Origin: Octopus sinensis
Lineage: Eukaryota
Length of the DNA: 34,585 nucleotides
Direction of reading: 5' to 3'
NCBI RefSeq assembly: GCF_006345805.1
Contig: NW_021826241.1
Span: 1-34,585, forward strand
Shown: in pieces, positions 1-11,297 of the stretch
Numbering within the stretch: position 1 is the stretch's first letter
Layout of the letters: each line of letters begins with the position of its first letter
Notes under the pieces: generated by a model
Seen by the model: only the letters and a program-made list of their open reading frames with translations
What the model was told of the DNA's origin: nothing
Database searches by the model: none
Translations under genes and position numbers: made by a program

Positions 1-316
1 CTAAAGTCGTATGAACAACCACCGTTATATATATTTTGTTTATTCATTACTGTTTTCATTTCAATTTCGTTTTCGTCTCTTGTATTCACATCCGTCTTGT
101 GCGTTCACATTCCTGTCTTCTACCAAGAAATCTAAGCTTACAGCTTAGTTTTTTTTTCTTGGGGCTGGCGAGTTGGAGCAAATATCAGAATTGAACAGCC
201 GAAATTTGCTATGATGATTCGGTGTCTGACTGAAGATTGAAGGCTTCGAATGATTTGTCTGTGTTCCGTGTTCGTCCCCTTCCGTATTTCACGTTCATAT
301 TATAAAAACATTCATT

Positions 317-318
<2 letters not shown>
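1..318. repeat. Unclassified T-rich element end abutting a (TA)n tract
   Basis: Pyrimidine-rich tail running into (TA)n at ~318-352, like the other (TA)n-associated elements here; internal hairpin at 123-162. Confidence 0.3.
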
Positions 319-357
<39 letters not shown>

Positions 358-633
358 CGACGGGCTTCTTTCAGAGCACCAAAATCTTTTAATTACTTAA
401 GGTCTCTGTGGTTCTTAATCCGACCCTGCATTTTGCCGTAGAAAATCTGCCTCAACGAAAACCGTTTGACCTTGGAAGACAGAAAGATCGGAAAAAAAAA
501 ACAATGATGACGATATGTATTAATCATTGTTGCTCGATCGATCGCACGTAGTGAGAAGCAGTGACTGGCTGAATGAAATTTTTTCGAATATACAATCAGT
601 AATATATAATTATATATGATATATAATAATATA

Positions 634-772
634 GGCGCAGGCGTGGTTGTGTAGTTCCGGTTTCAGTCCCATTGCGTGACACCTTGGGTGTCTTCCACTA
701 TATAACCACAGACCAGAGCCTTAGGGATGGATTTGATGGGCGGAAACTGAAAGAAGCTCGTCGTATACATAC
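634..772 (+). mobile_element. SINE family A, 5' portion
   Basis: Matches the head of copies at 3213-3620 and 21547-21981 (ggcgcagg.gtgg.tgtgt..ttccggtttcagtccca..cggaaactgaaagaagc); runs into (TA)n. Confidence 0.75.
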
Positions 773-783
773 ACCATATATTA

Positions 784-819
<36 letters not shown>

Positions 820-837
820 AGATATATATATATATAT

Positions 838-877
<40 letters not shown>

Positions 878-880
<3 letters not shown>

Positions 881-1267
881 ATAATAAGTTTCTGAGCGAG
901 ATGTAAACAGTAGTAGCACGACATCGTGAAGTATGTTTGCCACCTACATGTGGTTGACCCATACGGGACGATGCTACTGTTGTTTATAGCCCTAGGAAGA
1001 CATCTCCTCCGGCTGGCTTACGTCACACTGTCTGTGTCTGATCAGTATTTGTGAAGGCAAATCATCGTTCCCACCTCTAGCCTTACGTGATATACGCGCA
1101 TCCGGGTTTCTGAGTAATAATCTGTCATCAGCGTGTGACAATCCCCAGCTTGGAATGAGAACTGATTCCAAACGCAAAATACTGTATGCTTTTTCCAGTG
1201 ACAAACCGTCGCTGGTCTCGAAAAAGGTGAGACAAGCAATAATAAATTTCTGAGCCAGATGCAAACA

Positions 1268-1269
<2 letters not shown>
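878..1269 (-). mobile_element. Short element with 34-bp direct terminal repeats and a degenerate hammerhead-like motif (Penelope pLTR/retrozyme-like)
   Basis: Direct repeat 878-911 / 1236-1269 (31/34 identical); TA tracts on both sides; minus-strand cacacg-CTGATGA..GAAA-cccgg-ATG-cgcgta at 1093-1137. Confidence 0.5.
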
Positions 1270-1328
<59 letters not shown>

Positions 1329-1330
1329 TA

Positions 1331-1708
1331 CTCTTTTTTTACTGGTTTCAGTCATTTGACTGTGGCCATGCTGGAGCACCGCCTTTAGTCGAGCAAATCG
1401 ACCTCAGGACTTATTCTTTGTAAGGCTAGTACTTATTCTATCGGTATCTTTTGCCGAACCGCTAAGTTACGGGGACGTAAACACAACAGCATCAGTTGTC
1501 AAGCGATGTTGAGGGGACAAACACAGACACACAAACATACACACACATACATATACATATATATACATATATACGACGGGCTTCTTTCAGTTTCCGTCTA
1601 CCAGATCCACTCACAAGGCTTTAGTCTGCCCGAGGCTATAGTAGAAGGCACTTGCCCAAGGTACCACGCAGTGGGACTGAACTTGGAACCATGTGGTTGG
1701 TGAGCAAG
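1331..1708 (-). mobile_element. SINE family A (tRNA-derived, internal TA/CA microsatellite), head truncated
   Basis: Aligns over its length with 21547-21981. Confidence 0.85.
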
Positions 1709-1988
1709 AGCGGGATGTAAACAGTAGCAGCACAACATCCACCTAAATGTGGCTGTCCCATATGGGACGACGCTACTGTTGTCACACGCTGATGAGGAGT
1801 TGGTACCAGAAACCCGGATCCGTGTGTATTACGTAAATCTAGAGATGAGAACGATGATTTCCCTTTGCAAATACTGATCGGGCACAGACAGTGTGTCGTT
1901 AACCAGCTGGAGGAGATGCCTTCCTGGGGCTATAAACAACAGCAGCGTCGTCCCATATGGGTCAGCCATATTTAGGTGGCAAATATAC
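1707..1988. mobile_element. Rearranged second copy of the 878-1269 element, with internal inversion
   Basis: 1707-1782 is a direct copy of ~895-982; 1779-1988 is the reverse complement of ~931-1141. This produces 44-bp inverted repeats at 1739-1782 / 1936-1979. Confidence 0.75.
1783..1826 (+). ncRNA. Minimal type-I hammerhead ribozyme-like motif
   Basis: Stem I cacacg/cgtgtg (6 bp), CTGATGA 1789-1795, GAAA 1809-1812, palindromic ccgg in stem III, ATC triplet 1818-1820. Stem II is weak and there is a C-A mismatch next to the core. Confidence 0.45.
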
Positions 1989-2061
1989 ATATATATATAT
2001 GTCTGTGTGTGTGCGTGCATGCGTGTGTGTGTGTGTTTGTGTGTGTGTGTATTGTGTGCGT

Positions 2062-2249
2062 GTGTGCGCGTCCACCACTACTTCTTGACAATTAGTGTGG
2101 TGTGTTTAGGTCACTGTGGCTTAACAGTTCGGCAAAATAGAATGATAGAACAGGTGCCAGGTTTAAATAAGGAAAAAGTACTGGGGTCGACTAAAAATTC
2201 CGTGCCCCAGCATGGCCTCAGTCTAATGACTGAAAACAATTAAAAGATA
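2062..2249 (+). mobile_element. SINE family A, decayed 3' half
   Basis: cttgacaa..gttcggcaaaa..gtgccccagcatggcc..tgactgaaa..taaaagata resembles the family A tail. Confidence 0.6.
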
Positions 2250-2376
2250 AATATATATATATGTATATATGTTATCATACATAAACATTTATTGCGTCCC
2301 TCAAAACACATCCGACGAACGCGCAGCCATACAGAAAAAAATACTCACATACGTACAACCATTAACTCACTCTCAG

Positions 2377-2394
2377 TATCTATCTATCTATCTA

Positions 2395-2487
<93 letters not shown>

Positions 2488-2676
2488 GTCTGTCTGTCTG
2501 TCTGCCTGCCTGCCTGTCTGTCTGCCTGCCTGTCTGTCTGTCTGCCTGCCTGTCTGCCTGCCTGCCTGCCTGTCTGTCTGTCTGTCTGCCTGCCGTCTGT
2601 CTGTCTCTCTGTCTGCCTGTCTGCCTGCCTGTCTGTCTGTCTGTATCACTGTCTGTCAGTCTGTCTGACTGTCTGT
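2377..2676. repeat. (TATC)n / (TGTC,TGCC)n tetranucleotide microsatellite
   Basis: Directly visible. Confidence 0.95.
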
Positions 2677-2823
2677 TTCTCTTTCTCTCCACTCACACAC
2701 AGACATATACATATACACACACAGACACAGACATATATATATATACATATATGTATGTATATATGTGTATATATATACATACACCACACCACACCATATA
2801 TATATATATAATATTATATATTA

Positions 2824-2883
<60 letters not shown>

Positions 2884-2886
2884 ATA

Positions 2887-3142
2887 TATCTATACAATAT
2901 TTACATACTCGGTAGTCAGATAAACTCTGAGTTTCAGATGGCCGAGTGGAAATCCACAACACCATCTCTTCGGTTAATAGCCAAATAACCGAAGAGATGG
3001 TGTTGTTGATTTCCACTTCCATCTGAAACTCAGAGTTTTATCTTGACTACCGAGTACTGTAACATATTGTTATAGATAATTTCCTCTATTTACATAATAT
3101 TGAGGTCTCTTTCTTTCTTTTGTATCTACCGTTTATCAATAA
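2887..3142. mobile_element. Palindromic element (~90-bp arms, 9-nt loop) inside a (TA)n array; Penelope-like inverted pLTR
   Basis: Arms 2887-2976 and 2986-3078 are reverse complements; T-rich tail to ~3142; (TA)n on both sides. Confidence 0.7.
2985..3041 (+). ncRNA. Type-I hammerhead ribozyme-like motif with variant core CCGAAGA; mirror copy on the minus strand at ~2920-2976
   Basis: ataa / CCGAAGA (2989-2995) / gatgg..ccatc stem II / extra t / GAAA (3025-3028) / ctc-a-gag stem III / TT / ttat. Confidence 0.5.
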
Positions 3143-3144
3143 AT

Positions 3145-3178
<34 letters not shown>

Positions 3179-3212
3179 GATATATATACCCTTATACATA
3201 TATCCCTTATAC

Positions 3213-3620
3213 AGCGGGAGTGGATGTGTGGTAAGTAGCTTGCTAACCAACCACATGGTTCCGGGTTATCCTGCGTGGCATCTTGGGCAAGTGCCTTCTG
3301 CTATAGCCTCGGGCGACCAATGCCTTGTGAGTGGATTGGTAGACGGAAACTGAAAGAAGCCTGTCGTATATATATATACATATATATATATATTATGTGT
3401 GTGTGTGTGTCTGTGTTTGTCCCCCTAGCATTGCTTGACAACCGATGCTGATGTGTTTACGTCCCCGTCACCTAGCGGTTCGGCAAAAAGAGACCGATAG
3501 AATAAGTACTGGGCTTACAAAGAATAAGTCCCGGAGTCGATTTGTTCGACTAAAGGCGGTGCTCCAGCATGGCCGCAGTCAAATGACTGAAACAAGTAAA
3601 AGAGTAAAAAAAAGAGAAAG
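3213..3620 (+). mobile_element. SINE family A, near full length
   Basis: tRNA-like head, internal (TA)/(TG) tract, taaaagag tail; matches the other copies. Confidence 0.88.
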
Positions 3621-3751
3621 AGTATGTATATGCACACACACAGTATATATATTAAATAAAGTTGCATGTCACAATCGATTCCTGCTGGCACATCCAAGCA
3701 ATAACAATACGTCATGAGTGATTACCAATGTTATTCAACAGTCGCTTTCTT

Positions 3752-3801
<50 letters not shown>

Positions 3802-3894
3802 TTTCTCTTTCACTTTCTCTCTCTCTCTCCCTCTCTTTCTTACTCACTCACTCGAAGTTTATCTCTTTTTCTTTCGCATGCATCTCATACTATC

Positions 3895-3936
<42 letters not shown>

Positions 3937-4050
3937 ATCATCTGCCACTATGCCCCCTACCATCGTCCATATATCCTCTACAGCTAATTTACTATCTTTG
4001 GTCAATAGGCTTGACTCAGTGTTTGTTGAATGCATCGATGACAATAAACT

Positions 4051-4220
4051 GCATCGTCATCATCACCCCCGCCGTTGTCGTTGTCGTCGTCAGCATCATC
4101 ATCATCATTAATGCTGTCATCATCTCATTATTCATCGTCGTCGTCGTCGTCATTTCATCATCTTCGTCATCATCAATGCCGTCATTATCAATGTTGTCAC
4201 CATCATCATCATCGTCATCG

Positions 4221-4316
<96 letters not shown>

Positions 4317-4360
4317 CCACCACCGTCATCATCATCATCATGATCATCATCTTCATCATT

Positions 4361-4415
<55 letters not shown>

Positions 4416-4961
4416 ACGTCATCATCATCGTCATCGTCATTATCAATGTCGACATTATATCATCGTCTTCATCAACGTCATCAACGTCATCATCACCATC
4501 ATGATCATCGTCATTCTTATCATCATCTTCGTCATCGTCGTTTTCCTCCTCCTCTTCCTCCTCCGCCTCCTCCGCCTCCTCCTCCTCCTCCTCCTCATCA
4601 TCATCATTACCATCATCGTCATCAACGTCGTAGTCTTTGTTCTCGTCGTCGCCGCTGTTATCAACCATCATCACTGACAACTTCACCCTCACCCTCACCA
4701 ACTTCATTACCTTCCTTACCTTCATTATCATCATCATCATCATCATCATCGATGTCAACGTCACTGACATAGTTATCTTCATCAACCAACACTACTACCC
4801 TGACACCTCCATCACCATTAACACTGCCATTATACTCCTCTGCCTCCTCTTCATCCGCCTCCTCCTCCTCCTCCTCTGCATCATCATCACCACCATTATC
4901 ATCGTCATCGTCATCATCATCATCATCATCATCATCATCGTCATCGTCATCATCATCATCG

Positions 4962-5009
<48 letters not shown>

Positions 5010-5255
5010 ACATCATCATAATCATCCTCATCGACGTCATCGTCACTGACATAGTTATCTTCATCAATCAACACTACTACCCTAGCACCTCCATCACCAT
5101 TAACACTGCCATTATTCTCCTCCTCCTCCTCCTCCGCATCATCATCACCACCATTATCATTGTCTTCGTCGTCGTCATGATCATCATGATCATCATGATC
5201 ATCATCATCATCATCATTATCATTATTGTCATTATTATCATTATCTTCATCATTC
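4051..5255. repeat. Compound (CAT/CGT/CCT)n microsatellite field with an internal duplication
   Basis: Directly visible; block ~4747-4902 recurs from 5029. Confidence 0.95.
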
Positions 5256-5547
5256 TTCTCCTCTCCCAGGTAGAGCAGTTATATAAACAGCAATCCTAAA
5301 TACAGATGTCGTAAATAATGATTTCAGTTCTATATAATAATAAAGGGTACGACTATCAATTACACCAACAACAACGACAACAACAATAACACCTTTAAAA
5401 GAAACACTTGTAGCTTTAAGAATAACAATTTCTTGAATAACAACATCAGCAGTAGCAACAATAACAACAACAAAAATATTAAGAACATCTACAACAACAG
5501 CAACAATACAACAACGACAACAAAGGCAAATATAAATATAACTGGCT

Positions 5548-5843
5548 CTCCGTCGGTTGCGACGACAAGTGTTCCCGTTGATCTGATCAACAGAAGAGCC
5601 TGCTCGTGAAATCAACGTGCAAGTGGCTGAGTACTCCACAGACACGTGCGCCTTTAAGGTAGTTCTCAGGGAGATTCAGCGTGACACAGAATATGACCTT
5701 TGAAAAACAGGTGCTACTCATTTTTGCCAGCTGAGTGAACTGAAGCAACGTGAAATAAATTGTCTTACTCAATCACCGCCGGGAATCGAACTCACGACGT
5801 TACGATCGTGAACCGATTACCCTACCCATTAAGCCACATGCTT
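5548..5843 (-). mobile_element. SINE with family D (CORE-like) head and body and a family C-type 3' tail
   Basis: 5548-5700 matches the tail of 16010-16395; ~5715-5843 matches the body and head of 9180-9518. Confidence 0.75.
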
Positions 5844-5873
5844 AATGGTTGGCAACAACAGAGACAGCAGCAG

Positions 5874-6209
5874 CAGCGGACTCGCGATCGGAGTATCGCG
5901 GTTTCGATTCCCAGACAGGGCGTCGTGTATGTTTATTGAGCGAAAACACTTAAAGCTCCATGAGGCTCCGACAGGGGGGGGGCGACCCCTGTTGTACTCT
6001 TTCGCTCCAACTTTCTCTCACTCTTTCTTCCTGTTTCTTGTCCCCGACTTCCTACGCAACCGCTGAGCCTGGATGCGCATTCATCCATCCGTCGATGCTC
6101 TCGGTGTCGGGGGTTGACCTGCTTTCTCTTCTGCGGGTCTTACGAATAGCAAATGACCACGTTTCGGACTTCTCCCAAACACTCAACAAACAAACAAACA
6201 AACAAACAA
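5874..6209 (+). mobile_element. SINE family C head and body with an alternative tail ending in (CAAA)n
   Basis: gcagcggactcgcg..ggtttcgattccc (B box)..ctttctctcactct is shared with 8314, 16010 and 25842; sequence diverges after ~6040. Confidence 0.8.
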
Positions 6210-6254
6210 GCAGCAACAGTAACAACAACAGCCGGAAAACAATAACATCCACAA

Positions 6255-6946
6255 CAGGGATTTCAAATTTTGGCGCTAGGACAGTTATTTCGGGGGAGGG
6301 GTTCAGTTCGATTAAATCGATTCCACTGCTCAATTGGTACTTATTTTTATTGAACCCGAAAGGACGAAAAAAGCAATGTCAACCGCAGCAGAATTTGAAC
6401 TCAGAACGTAAAGACGGGCAGAATGCGGCCGCTGAGCATTTCCCCCGGCATGCTAACGATTCTGCCAGTTCGAACAATGGAAACAATAACTTTCAAGAAA
6501 ACGATAACAATTACAAGAATAACAACAATAACCACAACAAAAGCAAGGAAGGCAATAACAACAGAAGTTGTATCAACAGCAATGACAAGAATATGTGGAC
6601 AGCATCGGCCCTAATATAAATCTGTTTGACCAGTACGGACTCGGCACTAAACAAAGAAAAGAACAAGAGTAACAGAACATCAGTCAATAACGTTGATAAT
6701 CCCTTATACTGTGGGCACAAGTCCCGAAACTATATGGAACGGGGCTAGTTGATTGCATTGACCCCAGTGCTTTACTGGTACTTATGTCATCGAAACGATG
6801 AAAGGTGAAGTAGGCCACGGTCGAATTTGGGCGAAGAATGTAACGCTGGTAGAAATGCTTCTCAGCTTTTTGTCCAGCGTGCTAACAATTCTGCCAGCTC
6901 TCTGCCTTCAATAATAATAATAATAATAATAATAATGATGATGATG

Positions 6947-6987
<41 letters not shown>

Positions 6988-7232
6988 TATTATTATTATT
7001 ATAATAATAATAACCCCTTCTACTAAAGGCACAAGGGTCTGAAATTTTAAGGGAGGAGAATACGTAGTCAGTTACATGAACCCCAGTGTTTCACTGGTAC
7101 TTAATTTATCGATTCCGAAAAGATGAAAGGCAAAGTCGACCCCGGGGGAATTTGAACTCAGAACGTAAAGACAGAAGAAATGCCTCTAAGTATTTTGTCC
7201 GACATGCTAAATGATTCTGTCAGCTCACCCTT
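6255..7232 (-). mobile_element. Three decayed SINE family B copies (~6255-6470, ~6700-6908, ~7015-7232) separated by AAC/AAT tracts
   Basis: Recurrent ggtactt..gaaagg..gaatttgaactcagaacgtaa..tgctaac.attctgccag motifs matching 10743-10975. Confidence 0.7.
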
Positions 7233-7958
7233 TTAGTAATAACAATAATATTGATTTCTCGTATTCATTTTATTTTTTAATTAAATTTAAAAAAAAAACA
7301 ACAGCTATGTGAATCTCAATTGCATAACAACGGTATTCTTAACAACAATAACAACAAATAAGGACAATAACAATAATGATAATAACAGCAATAACAATTT
7401 ACAACAACAATAACAACGACGAGAGACTCAGCTAGGAATCGAATAACAACTGCTTTCTTATAAACAGTAATAATCGTTTCTACTATAGGCACAAAGCCAG
7501 AAAACTGGAGTAAGGGAGTTCTTCGATTATATAGATTCCAGTGCATAAACAATTGTAATAATAAGGGCAACAATAACAAAGATGATAAAATGAACAACAA
7601 CAACAACAACAACAACAATAACAAGAATAAAAGAAGAACAACAATTATCAGCAGCAACAACCGCAACAACAATAAGAACAGAAACGAGCAATGATAACAA
7701 CAATTAACAACATAACAACAATTACAACAATAACAACAGCAATAGGAACAAGAATAACAAGAAGAATAACAACAATAAGAACTGCAAAAATACCAGCAAC
7801 AATAACAACAGAAACAACAACACGAAGAAGAACAACAATAATGGCAACGACAGCAAACAATAACATTACCAAACATAACAATTACAGCAAGTCAACGATA
7901 ACAACATAGGTTTCAAAAATCAATCATGAAAATAATAATCTGCAAAAACAAATAAATA

Positions 7959-8280
7959 GGTGCAGGCATGGCTGTGTGGTAAGAAGCTTGCTTCCAAACC
8001 GCATGGTTTCGGGTTCAGTCTCACTGTATGGCACTTTGGACAAGTGTCTTCTACTATGCCTATTTCTTTACTACCCACAAGGGGCTAAACACAGAGGGGA
8101 CAAACAAGAACAGACAAACGGATTAAGTCGATTACATCGACCCCAGTGCGTAACTGGTACTTAATTTATCGACCCCGAGAGAATGAAAAGTAAAATCGAC
8201 CTCGGCGGAATTTGAACTCAGAACGTAGCGGCAGACGAAATACCCATTTCTTTATTACCCACAAGGAGCTAAACATTGAG
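7959..8280. mobile_element. SINE family A head (+, 7959-8058) joined to family B units (-, 8061-8244 and partial 8245-8280)
   Basis: Sequence identity to the other copies in the window. Confidence 0.8.
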
Positions 8281-8313
8281 CCATGAATAACAGTGATAGC
8301 AACAACAGCTAGA

Positions 8314-8921
8314 GTGGAGGCGCAATGGTTCAGTGGTTAGGGCAGCGGACTCGCGGTCGTAAGAACGCGGTTTCGATTCCCAGACCGGGCATTGTGAGTG
8401 TTTATTGAGCAAAAACACTTAAGCTCCACGAAGCTCCGGCGTGGGTAGGGAGGGCGAACCGCGCTGTACTCCTTCACCACAACTTTCTCTCACGCTTTCT
8501 TCCTACTTCTGCCACAAAGCAGAGGAACCATGGTGTAACCTACTATGGGGTGGTAAACTTTCAGACCCTAGTCTAGATTGCGAATCCTCTGTACCCCAGC
8601 ATGGTTCAGCTCTCCACCCGTTAAAAGCCACCGTTTACGGAATAACAATATAGCTTTCGCGCCCGTGAAACCGCCAGTCTATTGCGTGTGGTGGGTGGAT
8701 CTTCAAGTTGCCACACGCATTCTTTAGTAGCTTAGAGTAGGCTCGAATTAGAGATTATTCTTTGTGGCTAATGGCGTGAGTCCTGATTGGAAGAAGAAGA
8801 AGAAGAAGAAGAAGAAGAAGAAGAAGAAGAAGAAGAAGAAGAAGAGAAGAAGAAGAAGAAGAAGAAGAAGAAGAAGAAGAAGAAGAAGAAGAAGAAGAAA
8901 AAGAAGAAGAAGAAGAAGAAA
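8314..8921 (+). mobile_element. SINE family C head and body with a third type of tail ending in (GAA)n
   Basis: tggttcagtgg A box, ggtttcgattccc B box; unique tail ~8505-8790; (GAA)n 8791-8921. Confidence 0.8.
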
Positions 8922-9179
8922 AAGACAGCAGCTAGAGCAACAACGATGACGATAGCAACAACTTTAAGGACGATGCAACTACAACGTTTGTAACAGCAGC
9001 AACAACAACGACAACAGCAATATCGATAGTAGCGATAACAATAGGAATTTTTAAATAAAAGTATGAATCTCCACAACATCAGCCTTTATAACAACAACAA
9101 TTACAACAACAACAACAACAGCTGAAACTGTAACAATAGCAACAACAACAATATTCTCAATCAACAACAATAGATATAG

Positions 9180-9518
9180 ATAGACCCCCTTTGGTCAGAC
9201 ACTGACCATGGGTTTGCACCTAGAGAGTTACCCTCTGAGGCACAAGTCTGGGCAGGTTGTTTTTATGGAAGACCAGCAGTCGCCCATGCATACCGGCCTC
9301 CCCTCTCCACGTCACCGATGTTGTCCAAGAGAAAGGCAAGGGCCGATACAGCTTGGCACCTGTGACGTCGCAACTCATTTCTACAGCTGAGTGAACTGGA
9401 GCAACGTGAAATAAAGTGTCTTGCTCAAGAACACAACACGCAGCCCGGTCCGGGATTCGAGCTTACAACCTCACGATCGTAAGCTCGACGCTCTGACCAC
9501 TGAGCCACGCGCCTTCAC
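9180..9518 (-). mobile_element. SINE family D, tRNA head plus CORE-like domain
   Basis: Minus strand reads tggctcagtgg (A box)..gctcgaatccc (B box)..gtgttcttgagcaagacactttatttcacgttgctccagttcactcagctgtagaaatgag (CORE-like). Confidence 0.8.
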
Positions 9519-9724
9519 AATAATATTAATCTTTATAACAACTACAAGAACAACGTTCTTAATAAAACACACAACACTGAAACCAAAAGCGATCTCAACT
9601 ACAACAAAAACATCGACAGCAACATCATGAATAACAACAACAGCAATATTAATCTCTATAACAATTACAAGGACGATTGTTCTCAATAACAAACACTAAG
9701 ACCAAAAGCAATCTCGACTAGTGT

Positions 9725-9761
<37 letters not shown>

Positions 9762-10170
9762 TCTGTATAAACAAATATAGCAATCCCCAATGCTTAATTT
9801 CAACAGTCGTATCAAACACAACAACAACAACCGCAACAACCACGAGATCAAAACAGCAGCCATCTCAGTGACAACAACATCGGCTGCAAGGCTCAACAAC
9901 AGATGAGAGGAAGATGGTTAGTCGATAACATCGATCTCAGCGCTTCAATGATACTTTATTATATCGACCCCCAGATTGATGAACACAGAACGTAAAGAGT
10001 CGGAACAAATACTTTACAGCATTTTCCCCGACGCTCCTACGATTCTTCCAAGCTCACCCCCAACCAACCAACCGTCACAGCCACCACCCTCCACTTATTA
10101 CATGACTTATCGGTACCATCCTTTAAAACACCCTGATTCAGCTACAACATACCCGAGCACAATAATCCAG

Positions 10171-10509
10171 CACCATCCTATCTTCCCTCGCATTTCAGGC
10201 AAATATATCGATTCTTCGTCGGTTTCGGCGATGACTATCTGAGTATTCAGCTATTCGATCAACAGAATCATCTAAACATTGAATTAGTGTATTGGTGGTT
10301 GAATATTCCGAAGACACGCATACACATGTACCCGTGTACCACCATCTTATCTTCCCACGTATTTCAGGCAAATATATCGATTCTTCGTCGGTTTTAACGA
10401 TGACTATCTGAGTATCCAGTTATTCGATCAACAGAATTATCTAAACATTGAATTAGTGTGTAGGTGGCCGAATATTCCGCAGACACGTGTGCATATGTAC
10501 CCGTGTGCC
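10171..10509. repeat. Tandem duplication, 2 x 169 bp, containing a decayed SINE tail
   Basis: Units start at 10171 and 10340 (caccatc.tatcttccc.cg.atttcaggcaaatatatcgattc). Confidence 0.9.
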
Positions 10510-10742
10510 AATCGTTGAGCAGAATCCATTTGTCAGGCTTCCACACAGCTTCTGTCTACCCATTTTCACTCGCAAGAATTCAGTCGATCTGAGGTTATTA
10601 TAAATGGTTCTTAGCTAATAGGCCAATCAGAAGTATCGAAACCGGGACTTTGTTGTGAAACGTACTTCTTAACCACTCGGCTATGCTCACGTCCATCATT
10701 TCAGGCAAATATTAAAATATTAAAAAAAGGCATAAAAATAAC

Positions 10743-10975
10743 TATTTCTTTACTACCCACAAGGGGCTAAACACAGAGAGGACAAACAAGGACAGACAAA
10801 CGGATTAAGTCGATTATATCGACCCCAGTACGTAACTGGTACGTAATTTATCGACCCCGAAAGGATGAAAGGCAAAGTCGACCTCGGCGGAATTTGAACT
10901 CAGAACGTAACGGCAGACGAAATACTGCTAAGCATTTCGCCCGGTGTGCTAACGTTTCTGCCAGCTCGCTGCCTT
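10743..10975 (-). mobile_element. SINE family B, full length, 18-bp TSD
   Basis: aaaaggcataaaaataac at 10725-10742 and 10976-10993; B box gagttcaaattcc on the minus strand. Confidence 0.92.
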
Positions 10976-11297
10976 AAAAGGCATAAAAATAACAGCAATC
11001 ATCAATAATCTTAACAGCCTGGGTCAAGGTACTGAAAGAGAGGTGGAGGAGGGTAGAGATAAGTAAAAAGAGAAAGGTAGGGGAAGAAAGAGAGAGAGAG
11101 AAAGAGCGAGAGAGAGAGTGTGTGTGTATGCGCGGGCACGCGTGCTCATACGTAGTCGCTCAACCTGGCAGAATTAAGTCAACTATCACTCATATAGCAT
11201 CATAGTGTCGTAAAACAACACACTGGATAATGCGTACTTCGATACATGTCTGAAAATATATATATAAACACTGGATTGTTACGGTTATAATGCCGGT

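Noticed and set aside
229-256. CTGAAGA..GAAT hammerhead-like string
   Set aside because: GAAA is not intact and stems I and III do not pair.
2269-5299. Long ORFs (poly-His, poly-Ser, poly-Ile, IYLS repeats)
   Set aside because: Translations of microsatellites, open in several frames on both strands, with no splice or domain evidence. The same applies to the ORFs at 17-18 kb, 22 kb and 29.6-33.6 kb.
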